A DNA stretch of 50,972 nucleotides from Planctomycetota bacterium (GCA_027020785.1 JALUVI010000069.1:1-50972); one strand, 5' to 3'. Counted from the first letter of the stretch, positions 34,493 through 44,415 are shown. Notes: generated by a model from the letters alone, not told the origin. Program-made: numbers and translations.

Positions 34493-35115
34493 CCCCCGTC
34501 CCCCGCCGTCCGCTGCCGCCGGAGGAGGCGCGCCGCCTGCTGAGACGACTGGCCCCGCCGGACGAGCGGTGGCCGCGCCACTGCCTCCAGGTGGCGCGGG
34601 TGGCGCGCCGGCTCGGCGAAGCGCTCCGCGCGGCCGGCGTGGAGCTCGACCTCGACCTGCTCGAGTCGCAGGCGCTGCTCCACGACGTCGGCCGCGCCCG
34701 CACCCACGGCCCGCTGCACGGCTGGACCGGCTGGGTGTTGCTGCGCTCCATGGGGCACGCCCCGGAGGGCCGCGGCTGCCTGACCCATTGGCTCAAGGGC
34801 CGCTCCCCCGAGGAGGTCGTCGCCGCCGGCTTCCGCCCCCACGTGGTCGCCCAGGCCTTCGCGGCCCTGGAGCCGGTACCCTGGGACCTCGCCGACAGCG
34901 CGCTGTCGGTCGCCGATTCGTCGGTGCGGCACGACGTCGTCGTGCCGATGGCCGAACGCCACGCCGACCTCCTCGAACGCTACGGCGATTCGGACTGGCT
35001 CCGCCGCCACGCCGAACTCGGTGCGGCCCACGCCGCCGCGATCGAAGAGGTGGTCGGCGTTCCCCTGGACGAACTGCTCGCCCCGCTGCATGGCCCCCTC
35101 CCCGAAACCGACTGA
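34489..35115 (+). CDS. HD-domain protein
   Basis: LLHDVGR (HD motif). ATGA overlap with the NUDIX gene. This is the real part of ORF 34018..35115. Confidence 0.7.
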   Translation: MTPVPRRPLPPEEARRLLRRLAPPDERWPRHCLQVARVARRLGEALRAAGVELDLDLLESQALLHDVGRARTHGPLHGWTGWVLLRSMGHAPEGRGCLTHWLKGRSPEEVVAAGFRPHVVAQAFAALEPVPWDLADSALSVADSSVRHDVVVPMAERHADLLERYGDSDWLRRHAELGAAHAAAIEEVVGVPLDELLAPLHGPLPETD

Positions 35116-36832
35116 CTCCACCGCCCCGCCCGAAGCGGGTTGGGGGCTGGACCCCTTTGCGGCGCGCATCCGCGAAGCCCTCGCCGAAGCCCTCGGCGCC
35201 GACACCGCCACCCTGCAGTTGGAGCGGCCACGCCGCGAAGGGCTCGGCGAGTTCTCGCTGCCGACCTTCCGCCACGCCAAGGAGGCGGGGCGGAACCCGG
35301 CCGAGCTCGCCGCCGAGCTCGCGGCCTCGCTGACCATCCCCGAGGTCACGGCCGCGGCGGCAGGACCGTTCCTGAACTTCACGGTGGAACCCGCCGCGCT
35401 GGCCCGCGTCGTCCTGGAGCAGGCCAGGCGCCGCGACTACGGGCGCGCCGCCGAGGGTCGGGTCACCCTGGTCGAGTTCAGCTCGCCGAACATCGCCAAG
35501 CCGATGCACATCGGGCACCTGCGCTCCACCGTGATCGGGGCCGCGCTGGCCCGCCTGCACGAGTGGCTCGGCCACGAGGTCGTCCGCATCAACCACGTCG
35601 GCGACTGGGGCTCGCAGTTCGGCAAACTGGTCGCGGCGTGGCGGCGCTGGGGCTCGGAGCAGGCGCTGGAGGCCGACCCCATCGGGCACCTGCTGGAGCT
35701 CTACGTGCGCTACCACGAGGAGGAGGAAGGCGATCCGACCCTGGCCGAGGAGGCGAAACGAGCCTTCCGCGAGCTCGAGAGCGGCGAGGAGGCCGAGACG
35801 CGACTCGTCTGGAAGCGCTTCACCGAGCTCTCCATGCGCGAGTTCCAGAAGGTGTACGACCGACTCGGGGTCGAGTTCGACCACGTGCGCGGCGAGAGCT
35901 GGTACGAGGACCAGCTCGAGGCCGTGATCCGGTTGCTCGAGGAACGTGGCGTGATCGAGGAGTCCGAAGGCGCGCGCATCGTGCGCCTGGACGAGTTCGG
36001 CATCGAGACGCCGTGTCTGGTGCAGACCGCCCACGGCACCACGCTGTACGCGACCCGCGACCTGGCTGCGGCGCTGTCGCGCTGGAACGAGTTCCACTTC
36101 GACCAGGCGCTCTACGTGGTCGGCGCCGAGCAGACCCTGCACTTCCGCCAGTTCCGCGCCGTGCTGCTGCGCTGCGGCGAGGTATGGGCCGAGCGGCTGG
36201 AGCACGTCCCCTTCGGCCTGATCCGGCTTGCCGAGGGCAAGTTGTCCACGCGGAAGGGTCGGGTTCTGAAGCTCGAGGAGGTCCTGGATCGCGCCGTGGA
36301 GCTGGCGCGCGAGGCGGTCGAGGCGAAGAACCCGGACCTGGAGGACAAGGCGCTCGCCGCCGAGCGGGTCGGCGTCGGCGCGGTGGTCTTCCACGACCTC
36401 AAGCACCAGCGCGTCAAGGACGTGGTCTTCGACTGGAACGAGGTGCTGTCGTTCGAGGGCGACACCGGCCCCTACCTGCAGTACACGCACGCACGCTGCG
36501 CCAGCATCCTGCGCAAGGCCGGCCGCTCGGCGCCGCCCGCCGCCGAGGTGGACGCCGCGCTGGTCGCCGAAGAGGCCCATGAACTACTCGTCGAGCTCGG
36601 TCGCATGCCGCAGGCCATCCGCGAAGCGGCGCGGGAGCGCGAGCCGATGCTGTTGGCGCGCTCGCTGTTGCGCATCGCCGCCGCGGGAAACGCGTGGTAC
36701 AAGGACCACCGCGTCCTCGGGGCCGAGACCCCGGCGCTCGAGGACGCCCGGCTCGCCGTCGTCGAAGCACTCGTGAACGGACTCGCGCTCGGCCTCGGCC
36801 TGCTCGGCGTCCCCGCCCCCGAAGAGATGTGA
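35090..36832 (+). CDS. argS: arginine--tRNA ligase
   Basis: SSPNIAKPMHIGHLRST (HIGH motif), DWGSQFG, and a C-terminal anticodon-binding DALR domain. The only in-frame ATG/GTG/TTG start near the conserved N-terminus is at 35090. Confidence 0.9.
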   Translation: MAPSPKPTDSTAPPEAGWGLDPFAARIREALAEALGADTATLQLERPRREGLGEFSLPTFRHAKEAGRNPAELAAELAASLTIPEVTAAAAGPFLNFTVEPAALARVVLEQARRRDYGRAAEGRVTLVEFSSPNIAKPMHIGHLRSTVIGAALARLHEWLGHEVVRINHVGDWGSQFGKLVAAWRRWGSEQALEADPIGHLLELYVRYHEEEEGDPTLAEEAKRAFRELESGEEAETRLVWKRFTELSMREFQKVYDRLGVEFDHVRGESWYEDQLEAVIRLLEERGVIEESEGARIVRLDEFGIETPCLVQTAHGTTLYATRDLAAALSRWNEFHFDQALYVVGAEQTLHFRQFRAVLLRCGEVWAERLEHVPFGLIRLAEGKLSTRKGRVLKLEEVLDRAVELAREAVEAKNPDLEDKALAAERVGVGAVVFHDLKHQRVKDVVFDWNEVLSFEGDTGPYLQYTHARCASILRKAGRSAPPAAEVDAALVAEEAHELLVELGRMPQAIREAAREREPMLLARSLLRIAAAGNAWYKDHRVLGAETPALEDARLAVVEALVNGLALGLGLLGVPAPEEM

Positions 36833-37365
36833 GCACCAGCCTCCAGGACGAACTCACGGCCCACCTGCGGGTGGTGCCCGACTTCCCTCGCCCCGGCATC
36901 CGCTTCCAGGACGTCTCGCCGCTGCTCCAGGACGGCACGGCCTTCCGCCGGACGGTGGACGGCCTCGCCGCGTGGGCGGAGCGGCTGCATCCGACCGTGG
37001 TGGCCGGGATCGAATCGCGCGGATTCCTGTTCGGAGCGCCGCTCGCCGAGCGCCTCGGTGTGGGCTTCGTACCGATTCGCAAATCCGGCAAGCTGCCGTG
37101 GAAGACCTACCGCGAGAGCTATCGGCTCGAGTACGGCGAGGGCGAGCTGGAAGTCCACCAGGACGCCGCCGGCCCCGGCGACCGCGTGGTGCTGGTGGAC
37201 GACCTGCTGGCCACCGGAGGCACCGCAGCGGCCTCGCTGGTGCTCCTGCGCCGCCTCGGCGCCGAGACCGTGGGCTGCGGCTTCGTGGTCGAGCTCGACG
37301 GACTCGACGGGCGCTCGCGCCTCCACGGCGTCGAGGTCCACGCACTGGTCCGCGTACCGGCGTGA
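36829..37365 (+). CDS. apt: adenine phosphoribosyltransferase
   Basis: VPDFPRPGIRFQDVSPLL and PRPP loop VVLVDDLLATGGTA. The GTG start overlaps the argS stop (GTGA). Confidence 0.9.
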   Translation: MSTSLQDELTAHLRVVPDFPRPGIRFQDVSPLLQDGTAFRRTVDGLAAWAERLHPTVVAGIESRGFLFGAPLAERLGVGFVPIRKSGKLPWKTYRESYRLEYGEGELEVHQDAAGPGDRVVLVDDLLATGGTAAASLVLLRRLGAETVGCGFVVELDGLDGRSRLHGVEVHALVRVPA

Positions 37366-37397
37366 TTCGGTGCTGGAAGCGCCCCCCCCGCCCGGCC

Positions 37398-37403
37398 TAG
37401 AAT
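37398..37403 (+). promoter_or_regulatory. -10-like box TAGAAT in the loop of a 7-bp inverted repeat, 7 nt upstream of ATG 37411
   Basis: CGCCCGG-CCTAGAAT-CCGGGCG-ATG (37389-37413). Confidence 0.5.
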
Positions 37404-37410
37404 CCGGGCG

Positions 37411-38202
37411 ATGGCCGGTCCGCGCTCCGAGTCCTCCCCGCATCCGCCGACGGCGGACTGGACCCTCGACGAGCTCTGGCAGCGCTACCGCGAAACGCGC
37501 AGCAAGGAGTTGCACGAGGAGTTGCTGTGCCGCTACCAGCCGGTGGTGCGCCACATCGCCGAACACATGCTGCGGCGCCTACCGCGCAGCGTGGACCTCG
37601 ACGACCTGGTGCAGGAGGGGCTGTTCGGCCTCATGGATGCGATCGAACGCTACGACCCCGACCGCGGCTACAAGTTCAAGACCTATGCCGGCCGACGCGT
37701 CCAAGGGGCGATGATCGACGCGCTGCGGCGCCTGGACTGGGCGCCGCGGCTGCAACGACAGCGCTCGGTCAAGATGGCCGCGGCGCGGGCCGAGTTCGTC
37801 GAGGTCCACGGTCGCGAGCCGAGCGACGAGGAACTTGCAGAGATCCTGGGCATCCCGCTGGCGGCGGTGCGGCGCGGGATGCCCAAGCAGATGATGTCGG
37901 TCAGCGACCGTCCGCAACAGCTCTCGGAGACCCACGAGAACCCGCTGGATGGGCTCGCCGAGTCGCGGGAGACCGACCCGCTCGACGAGGCCCACCGCGC
38001 CGACGTGATCGAGATCCTGATGCGGGACCTCTCGGAGAAGGAGCGCACCATCCTCAACCTGTACTACGTGGAGGGGCTCACCCTGCGCCAGATCGGGCAG
38101 CGGCTGACGGTCACCGAATCGCGGGTCTGCCAGATCCACGCCAGCATCCTGAAGCGGTTGCGCGAGAACCTCGCCTCCGTGAAGGACCAGTTGGAACTCT
38201 GA
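37411..38202 (+). CDS. fliA: RNA polymerase sigma factor, sigma-28 (FliA/WhiG) family
   Basis: Region 2 LVQEGLFGLMDAIERYDP...FKTYAGRRVQGAMIDALR. Region 4 LTLRQIGQRLTVTESRVCQIHASILKRLR. Confidence 0.8.
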   Translation: MAGPRSESSPHPPTADWTLDELWQRYRETRSKELHEELLCRYQPVVRHIAEHMLRRLPRSVDLDDLVQEGLFGLMDAIERYDPDRGYKFKTYAGRRVQGAMIDALRRLDWAPRLQRQRSVKMAAARAEFVEVHGREPSDEELAEILGIPLAAVRRGMPKQMMSVSDRPQQLSETHENPLDGLAESRETDPLDEAHRADVIEILMRDLSEKERTILNLYYVEGLTLRQIGQRLTVTESRVCQIHASILKRLRENLASVKDQLEL

Positions 38203-38225
38203 CCCCGACGGGGCCCCGACCGGCG

Positions 38226-39032
38226 TTGGATGCCGCCCCCCGCGACGACCGCTTCACCGCCGCGGAGCTGGAGCGGCGGCTGCCGGCCCGGCGGCGCCTG
38301 GCGCGGCGGATCCTGGTGCTGGAGCGTTGCGACAGCACCCAGGAAGAGGCGCGGCGGCGCACCGACGAGGAAGCCGAGGCGCTGCTCGTGGTGGCCGACG
38401 AGCAGACCGCAGGACGCGGCCGACGCGGACGTGCGTGGTGGTCGGGGCCGCCGGCGGCCAACCTGGCCCTGACCCTGGCCGTCCCCGAGCCCCCCGATCC
38501 GGCCCCGGCGCTGACCGCGGCCGCAGCCTGCGCGTTGGCCGCGACCCTCGACCGGCTCGGCCTGGGGCCGACCGGACTCAAGTGGCCGAACGACGTCCTG
38601 CTCGGCGGACGCAAGGCGGCGGGCGTCCTCGGCGAGGTACGCGGCGGCGGTGCGGCCCCGATCGCCCTGCTCGGCATGGGGGTGGACGTCCACGCGGCGC
38701 CGCCCGACCTACCCGAGGCGACCTCGCTGGATGCGCGCGCCCACGAGGTCGGCGCGCCGCCGCCCCGTCGTCTGGACGTCCTCGCCGGCTGGCTGTGGGA
38801 GCTCGAGGCGCGCCTCGCCGTGCTCGAGCGCGGCGGCCCCGGCGCCCTGGAGGACGAGTTCCTGGCGCGGCTCCGTATCGGCGCGCCCCACGGCGTGTGG
38901 GCGCCGTCCGGCGGGGCGGCCCGGTTGCTAGAATTCCGCTTCGACGACGGCCTCCTGCTGGACGAGGAGGACGGCCGGAAGCGCCACCCCCTGGCCCGCC
39001 TGGAACGCCTCGTCCCCCGCCCTGCGCCATGA
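38226..39032 (+). CDS. birA: biotin--[acetyl-CoA-carboxylase] ligase
   Basis: DSTQEEA, QTAGRGRRGRAW, KWPNDVLLGGRKAAGVL. The start is uncertain; TTG 38226 is the first plausible start after the fliA stop. Confidence 0.75.
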   Translation: MDAAPRDDRFTAAELERRLPARRRLARRILVLERCDSTQEEARRRTDEEAEALLVVADEQTAGRGRRGRAWWSGPPAANLALTLAVPEPPDPAPALTAAAACALAATLDRLGLGPTGLKWPNDVLLGGRKAAGVLGEVRGGGAAPIALLGMGVDVHAAPPDLPEATSLDARAHEVGAPPPRRLDVLAGWLWELEARLAVLERGGPGALEDEFLARLRIGAPHGVWAPSGGAARLLEFRFDDGLLLDEEDGRKRHPLARLERLVPRPAP

Positions 39033-39760
39033 CCCGACACGACGGCCGCGCCCCGGACCAACTGCGACCCATCCGCTTCCGGCGCGGCTTCGCGCCCAAC
39101 GCCGAGGGCTCGGTGCTGGTCGAGGTCGGCGACACCCGCGTCCTTTGCACCGTGAGCGCGAGCTCCGGCGTGCCGTCGTGGCGACAGGGCAGCGGCGCCG
39201 GCTGGCTGACCGCGGAGTACGCGATGCTGCCGGGGTCGGTCCGCGGCCGCAAGCGCCGCGAGACCGAACGCCGCGATGCGCGCAGCATCGAGATCCAACG
39301 CTTGATCGCGCGCAGCCTGCGGGCCGCGCTCGACCTCACCGCGATCCCCAACCTCACCCTGACGGTGGACTGCGACGTCGTCCAGGCCGACGGCGGGACC
39401 CGCTGCGCCAGCATCACCGGCGGCATGGTGGCGCTGCACGATGCGCTGAAGCGGCTCGCCGCCGAGGACCGCCTGGCCGCCTGGCCGCTGCGCCGTTTCG
39501 TCGCCGCGGTCTCGGTCGGGTTGGTCGGCGGGACGCCGTTGCTGGACCTGGACTACCGCGAGGACTTCGCCGCGTCGGTGGACATGAACGTGGTCGGGGT
39601 CGATGGCGGCCTGCTGGTCGAGGTCCAGGGCACCGCCGAGGGCGACCCCTTCCGGCGCGAGGAACACGACGCCCTGCTCGACCTGGCGCAGCGCGGGGTC
39701 CGGGAGCTGATCGAACGGCAACGCGCCGCCGTCGCCGAACCCGAGCCTTCGGCGCCATGA
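39029..39760 (+). CDS. rph: ribonuclease PH
   Basis: RPDGR-like N-terminus, GSVLVEVGDTRVLC, DCDVVQADGGTR. ATGA overlap with birA. Confidence 0.92.
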   Translation: MTRHDGRAPDQLRPIRFRRGFAPNAEGSVLVEVGDTRVLCTVSASSGVPSWRQGSGAGWLTAEYAMLPGSVRGRKRRETERRDARSIEIQRLIARSLRAALDLTAIPNLTLTVDCDVVQADGGTRCASITGGMVALHDALKRLAAEDRLAAWPLRRFVAAVSVGLVGGTPLLDLDYREDFAASVDMNVVGVDGGLLVEVQGTAEGDPFRREEHDALLDLAQRGVRELIERQRAAVAEPEPSAP

Positions 39761-40881
39761 GGACGGGGCGGCGCGTAGCCGTGGTCCTGTTCCTGGGAGT
39801 GGGCCTCGCCGCTGCGCCCGGCTTCGTGCGGGGGTGGCGGCTGCCGCCCCTGCAGTGGGACCCCGCCCCGGAGCCCACGCGGCTCGACGGGGGCTCGACG
39901 GCGCCGAGCGTGCGCGCGGAGGGCGCCTATCTGGTCGCTCACGACGGGCCGCGGCTGCGCTGGCGGGCCTTCACGCCGGAGCCCGTCCTCCACGTCTCCA
40001 ATCCGACGGACGTCCCGGTCGAGGTGGTGGTCGAGAACGTGCACCCGGAAGCCACCGACGCCGAGTTCGCGGCGGCGGCGCAGCACGGACTGGAACGGCG
40101 TTGGCTGGTGCCCGCCGGCGCCGCCGACCTGGTCCTGGCGCCCACCTTCCCCGTGCGGGACCGCTACCGCGTCGCGGCGCTCGGCGACACCGGCGGTGGC
40201 GGCGAACTCGACGCCTTCCTCGAAGCCGCGGCCGCAGCCGGCGCCGACTTCGTGCTCCACCTCGGCGACTTCGCCTACGGCCCGGGGGAGCTCGCAGCGG
40301 CGGCCGAGGCGGTGCGACGCTCCGCGGTCCCGGTGTACGCCGCCATCGGCAACCACGACTTCCATCGCGGACTCGAGCTGCTCCACCGCGGCTTCACCCG
40401 CAACGTCGGCCCCCGCAACTGGGCCTTCCGCCTCGGCGGCGTCGAGTTCGTGAACCTCGACACCGCGGCGGACACCTGGCCCCCGGACTCGGGAGAACGC
40501 GGGCGGCTGGTCGCCGCACTGCTGGCGGCTCCCCGCGGGCGGACCGCGGCCACGGTCCTCCTCACCCACCGCCCCATCGTGGACCCGCGCGGACGCGGGC
40601 ACGACCTCGGCCGCGCCGGCGAGCGCGCCTGGATGCGCGAGGTGGTGGCCGCCCTCGGCGCCGACCTCCTGCTCCACGGCCACGTCCACGCCTCGCTCGA
40701 GTCCGTGCTCGACGGCGTCCCCGTCTTCGTCGCCGGCGGCGGCCTCGGCCGCGGCGCGGACGAGGTGCCCGAAGAGGGCCCCGTGTTCCTGATGCTGTCC
40801 TGGCGACCGGACCCGGCGCCGCACCTGGCTGCGCGCTGGCTGCCGCTTCCGGAGCCGTCCCGAACCGGATCACCACGATGA
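39757..40881 (+). CDS. calcineurin-like metallophosphoesterase with an N-terminal signal/anchor
   Basis: ALGDTGGG, HLGDFAY, GNHDF, LTHRP, GHVH. It has ATGA overlaps on both sides. Confidence 0.75.
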   Translation: MRTGRRVAVVLFLGVGLAAAPGFVRGWRLPPLQWDPAPEPTRLDGGSTAPSVRAEGAYLVAHDGPRLRWRAFTPEPVLHVSNPTDVPVEVVVENVHPEATDAEFAAAAQHGLERRWLVPAGAADLVLAPTFPVRDRYRVAALGDTGGGGELDAFLEAAAAAGADFVLHLGDFAYGPGELAAAAEAVRRSAVPVYAAIGNHDFHRGLELLHRGFTRNVGPRNWAFRLGGVEFVNLDTAADTWPPDSGERGRLVAALLAAPRGRTAATVLLTHRPIVDPRGRGHDLGRAGERAWMREVVAALGADLLLHGHVHASLESVLDGVPVFVAGGGLGRGADEVPEEGPVFLMLSWRPDPAPHLAARWLPLPEPSRTGSPR

Positions 40882-41528
40882 CCACGACCACCACCCTGCT
40901 CCTGGCGTCCGGCAACGCCGACAAACTGCGCGAGCTGCGCGAGCTCTGCGCCGACCTTCCGCTGACGGTCCGCGGCCCGGAGGACCTGCCCGGCGGCCTG
41001 CCCGCGGTCGAGGAGACCGGCAGCACCTTCGCCGCGAACGCCATCCTCAAGGCCCGCGCCGCCGCCGCGGCCGCCGCCTCCGTCTGGCCCGGAGCCTGGG
41101 CGCTGGCCGACGACTCGGGGCTGTGCGTGGACGCCCTCGACGGGGCACCCGGCGTGCGCTCGGCCCGGTTCGCGGGAGTGGAGGGCCCCGGGCGCGACGC
41201 CGCCAACAACGCGCTGCTGCTGGAGCGCCTCGCCGGCGTGCCGCCGGAGCGACGCGGCGCCGTGTTCCGCTGCGCCCTGGTCGTCGCCGATGCCGAGCGC
41301 ATCGTGGCCGCGGTCGGTCACGGAGTGCGTGGCCGCATCCTGGAGGCCCCCGAGGGCGAGGGCGGCTTCGGCTACGACCCTCTCTTCTATCATGAAGAGC
41401 TCGGCGCCACCTTCGCCGCCCTCACGCCGGAGGAGAAGGCCGCCGTCAGTCACCGCGGCATCGCCATGCGCAGCCTCCGCGAAGTGCTGGCGGACCTGCT
41501 CGGCGTCGAGGAACGACCCGTCCCATGA
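40878..41528 (+). CDS. rdgB: dITP/XTP pyrophosphatase (non-canonical purine NTP pyrophosphatase)
   Basis: LLASGNADKLREL, ETGSTFAANA, DDSGLCVDAL, GFGYDPLF, SHRG. Confidence 0.9.
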   Translation: MTTTTTLLLASGNADKLRELRELCADLPLTVRGPEDLPGGLPAVEETGSTFAANAILKARAAAAAAASVWPGAWALADDSGLCVDALDGAPGVRSARFAGVEGPGRDAANNALLLERLAGVPPERRGAVFRCALVVADAERIVAAVGHGVRGRILEAPEGEGGFGYDPLFYHEELGATFAALTPEEKAAVSHRGIAMRSLREVLADLLGVEERPVP

Positions 41529-43333
41529 CCAAGACCTTCCCGCCCGAGCGCATCCGCAACTTCTGCATCATCGCGCACATCGACCACGGGAAGTCCACGC
41601 TGGCGGACCGTTTCCTGGAGCTGACCGGCGCGGTCGAGCCGCGGCGGGCGCAGGAGCAGATGCTGGACTCGATGGACCTGGAGCGCGAGCGCGGCATCAC
41701 CATCAAGGCGGCCGGGGTCTCGCTGACCGCCGAGGTGGACGGCGAGGAATACCTGCTCAACCTGATCGACACGCCGGGCCACGTGGACTTCGCCTACGAG
41801 GTGGAGAAGTCGCTCCAGGCCTGTGAGGGGGCGCTGCTCCTCATCGATGCGGCCCAGGGGATCCAGGCCCAGACCGTGGCCAACGCCCACCTCGCCCTGG
41901 ACCACGACCTGACCGTGATCCCGGTGTTCAACAAGGTGGACCTCCCCCACGCGCGGCCCGAGGAGATCGCCGAAGAACTCGAGAACACGCTGCTCCTGGA
42001 GCGCGAGCGGGCGCTGCGCTGCTCGGCCAAGACCGGCGAAGGGGTGCGCGAGGTCCTGGAGGCCGTGGTCCGCGAGATCCCTCCGCCCCAGGGCGACCCC
42101 GACGCTCCGCTGCGAGCGCTGGTGTTCGACGCCCGCTACGACGAGTTCCGCGGGGTCATCCTCTATCTGCGCGTCGTGGAAGGCACCCTGCGCAAGGGCG
42201 ACCAGGTGCGGCTGCTCGGGGTCGGCGCCACCTACGAGACCCTGGAGCTCGGCAAGTCCACGCCCGAACCGACCCCGGTGGAACGGCTGTCGGCGGGCGA
42301 AGTCGGCTACTTCGTCTCCAACATCAAGACGCTGGAGGACGTCCGCGTCGGCGACACCCTGGCCCTGGCCAAGGGAGCCGAGGTCGAGCCGTTGCCCGGC
42401 TACCGCGACCCCCAGCCGATGGTGTGGTGCGGGTTGTACCCGGTCAACCCCGGCGACTTCGAGGACCTTCGGGCGGCGCTCAATGCGCTCAAGCTGAACG
42501 ATTCGTCGCTGGTCTTCGAACCCGAGACCTCCGACGCGCTCGGCTTCGGCTTCCGCTGCGGATTCCTCGGACTGCTCCACATGGAAATCGTCCAGGAACG
42601 CCTGGAGCGGGAGAGCGACCTGGACATCGTCCAGACCGCCCCCAGCGTGCCCTACGAGATCTTGTTCTCGGACGGCACCACCCGAATCATCCATCGGCCC
42701 GGCGACCTCCCCGACCCCAACTTCTTCGAGGAGATCCGCGAACCGGTGGTGCGGGCCCACGTGCTGGTGCCGACCGAGAGCATCGGCGCCATCATGAAGC
42801 TGTGCAGCGAGCGGCGGGGGCGCTTCCTCCGCCAGGAGCACCTCTCGTCGCATCGGGTGATGCTGACCTGGGACCTGCCGCTGGCCGAGGTCATCTACGA
42901 CTTCTACGACAAGCTCAAGTCGGCCACCCGCGGCTACGGAACGATGAACTTCGAGGAACCGCGCTTCGAGGCGGCCGACCTGGTCAAGCTGCGCATCCTG
43001 GTCGGCGGCAAGGAGGCCGACGCGCTGTCCTGCATCTGCCACCGCGACGCGGCGCAGCGCCGCGGCCGCGCCGTGCTGAAGAAGCTGAAGAAGGAGATCC
43101 CGCGGCACCAGTTCGAGGTGGCGCTGCAGGCTGCGGTCGGCGGCAAGATCGTGGCGCGGGAGAACATCCGCGCCCTCGGCAAGAACGTCACCGCCAAGTG
43201 CTACGGCGGCGACATCACGCGCAAGCGCAAACTGCTGGCCAAGCAGAAGGAGGGCAAGAAGCGGATGAAGTCCATCGGCAACGTCGAGGTTCCGCAGAAG
43301 GCCTTCCTGGCGGTGCTCTCGACCGAGGAATGA
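41525..43333 (+). CDS. lepA: translation elongation factor 4
   Basis: IRNFCIIAHIDHGKSTLADR, DTPGHVDF, NKVDL, and the LepA-specific C-terminus ...KCYGGDITRKRKLL.KQKEGKKRMK. Confidence 0.95.
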   Translation: MTKTFPPERIRNFCIIAHIDHGKSTLADRFLELTGAVEPRRAQEQMLDSMDLERERGITIKAAGVSLTAEVDGEEYLLNLIDTPGHVDFAYEVEKSLQACEGALLLIDAAQGIQAQTVANAHLALDHDLTVIPVFNKVDLPHARPEEIAEELENTLLLERERALRCSAKTGEGVREVLEAVVREIPPPQGDPDAPLRALVFDARYDEFRGVILYLRVVEGTLRKGDQVRLLGVGATYETLELGKSTPEPTPVERLSAGEVGYFVSNIKTLEDVRVGDTLALAKGAEVEPLPGYRDPQPMVWCGLYPVNPGDFEDLRAALNALKLNDSSLVFEPETSDALGFGFRCGFLGLLHMEIVQERLERESDLDIVQTAPSVPYEILFSDGTTRIIHRPGDLPDPNFFEEIREPVVRAHVLVPTESIGAIMKLCSERRGRFLRQEHLSSHRVMLTWDLPLAEVIYDFYDKLKSATRGYGTMNFEEPRFEAADLVKLRILVGGKEADALSCICHRDAAQRRGRAVLKKLKKEIPRHQFEVALQAAVGGKIVARENIRALGKNVTAKCYGGDITRKRKLLAKQKEGKKRMKSIGNVEVPQKAFLAVLSTEE

Positions 43334-43986
43334 GCGCCGCCGCGAGCCGCCTCGTCCTGCCGGCGGACGCCCTGCCCCGCGGCCGCGCCTACGGCCTGCT
43401 CCTGGCCCTGGTCGCACCGCGGCCGATCGGATGGATCACGAGCCGCTCCGCCGACGGGGTGCTCAACCTGGCGCCCTTCAGTTTCTTCAACGGCGTCTGC
43501 GGCGACCCGCCGACGATCTCGGTGGCGGTGGCCCGACGCGAGGACGGCTCGCGCAAGGACACCGCGCGCAATGCGCTCGCGAGCGGCGAGTTCGTGGTGC
43601 ACCTGGTCGAGCGCGGCCACCTGGACGACGTCGTGGCCAGCTCGTGGTCCTTCCCGCCGAGCGTCGGGGAGGTCGAACGCCTGGGCCTGGAGACCGCCCC
43701 CGGAGCGTGCCTGGCCACGCCGGGCCTGGCCGCGCCGCGGGCGCGCATGGAGTGCCGCCTGGTCGGCCACCACGAGGTCGGCAACGGCCCGGTGGACCTC
43801 CTGCTCGGCGAGGTCGTCGCCTTCCACGTGGCGCCGGAGCTGCTCGACGAACGGGGGCGGGTCCGGGCGACCGAACTGGAGCAGGTCGGCCGACTCGGCG
43901 GATGGTGGTACGCTCCGGTGGTCGAGCGCTGGGAGCTCCCGCCGCCCCGGGAAGCCCCCGGCCCCGCACCGGATCGCGCACCATGA
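43330..43986 (+). CDS. flavin reductase-like (FMN-binding split-barrel) protein
   Basis: PRPIGWITSRSADGVLNLAPFSFFN is typical of the flavin reductase domain. ATGA overlap with lepA. Confidence 0.75.
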   Translation: MSAAASRLVLPADALPRGRAYGLLLALVAPRPIGWITSRSADGVLNLAPFSFFNGVCGDPPTISVAVARREDGSRKDTARNALASGEFVVHLVERGHLDDVVASSWSFPPSVGEVERLGLETAPGACLATPGLAAPRARMECRLVGHHEVGNGPVDLLLGEVVAFHVAPELLDERGRVRATELEQVGRLGGWWYAPVVERWELPPPREAPGPAPDRAP

Positions 43987-44405
43987 ACCGACTCCGCACC
44001 CTCTTCCTCTTCTCCCTGATCACCGGTCTCGCCAGCCTCGGTTCCTGCGGGATGACCCCCGAGGAACGCGAGGCCTACCTGGCCGCCGAGCTCACCGTGA
44101 CGACCAGCCCGCCGAGCGCCCGGGGCGACCAACGGATGCTGGCCTGGGTGCGGGCGGAGTCGAGCGGCGACCCTCGCCTGACCCGGTTGCGGGTCACCGT
44201 CTTCGACGACCGCGACGGCGACGGCCGCCTGGGCCCCGGCGAGAGCACCGGCATCCGCAAGGTGGCGCTGCCGACGTCCGGCAGCGAGGCCCGGGTCCTC
44301 ACCGTCCACCAGGTGCTCTTCCCCGCCGACCTGGCCGCTCCCCGGCTCTGGTGCGAGCTGGACACCGACGAAGGGACCCTGACCGAGAGCCTGGACCTGG
44401 GGTAG
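43983..44405 (+). CDS. small lipoprotein with a DDxDGDGxLxPGE motif
   Basis: MNRLRTLFLFSLITGLASLGSCG (lipobox) and FDDRDGDGRLGPGE. Paralogous to the next gene. Confidence 0.6.
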   Translation: MNRLRTLFLFSLITGLASLGSCGMTPEEREAYLAAELTVTTSPPSARGDQRMLAWVRAESSGDPRLTRLRVTVFDDRDGDGRLGPGESTGIRKVALPTSGSEARVLTVHQVLFPADLAAPRLWCELDTDEGTLTESLDLG

Positions 44406-44408
44406 GAT
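44403..44408 (+). promoter_or_regulatory. -10-like box TAGGAT (its TAG is the upstream stop codon) in the loop of an inverted repeat, 7 nt upstream of ATG 44416
   Basis: CCTGGG-GTAGGATT-CCCGGG-ATG. Confidence 0.45.
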
Positions 44409-44415
44409 TCCCGGG

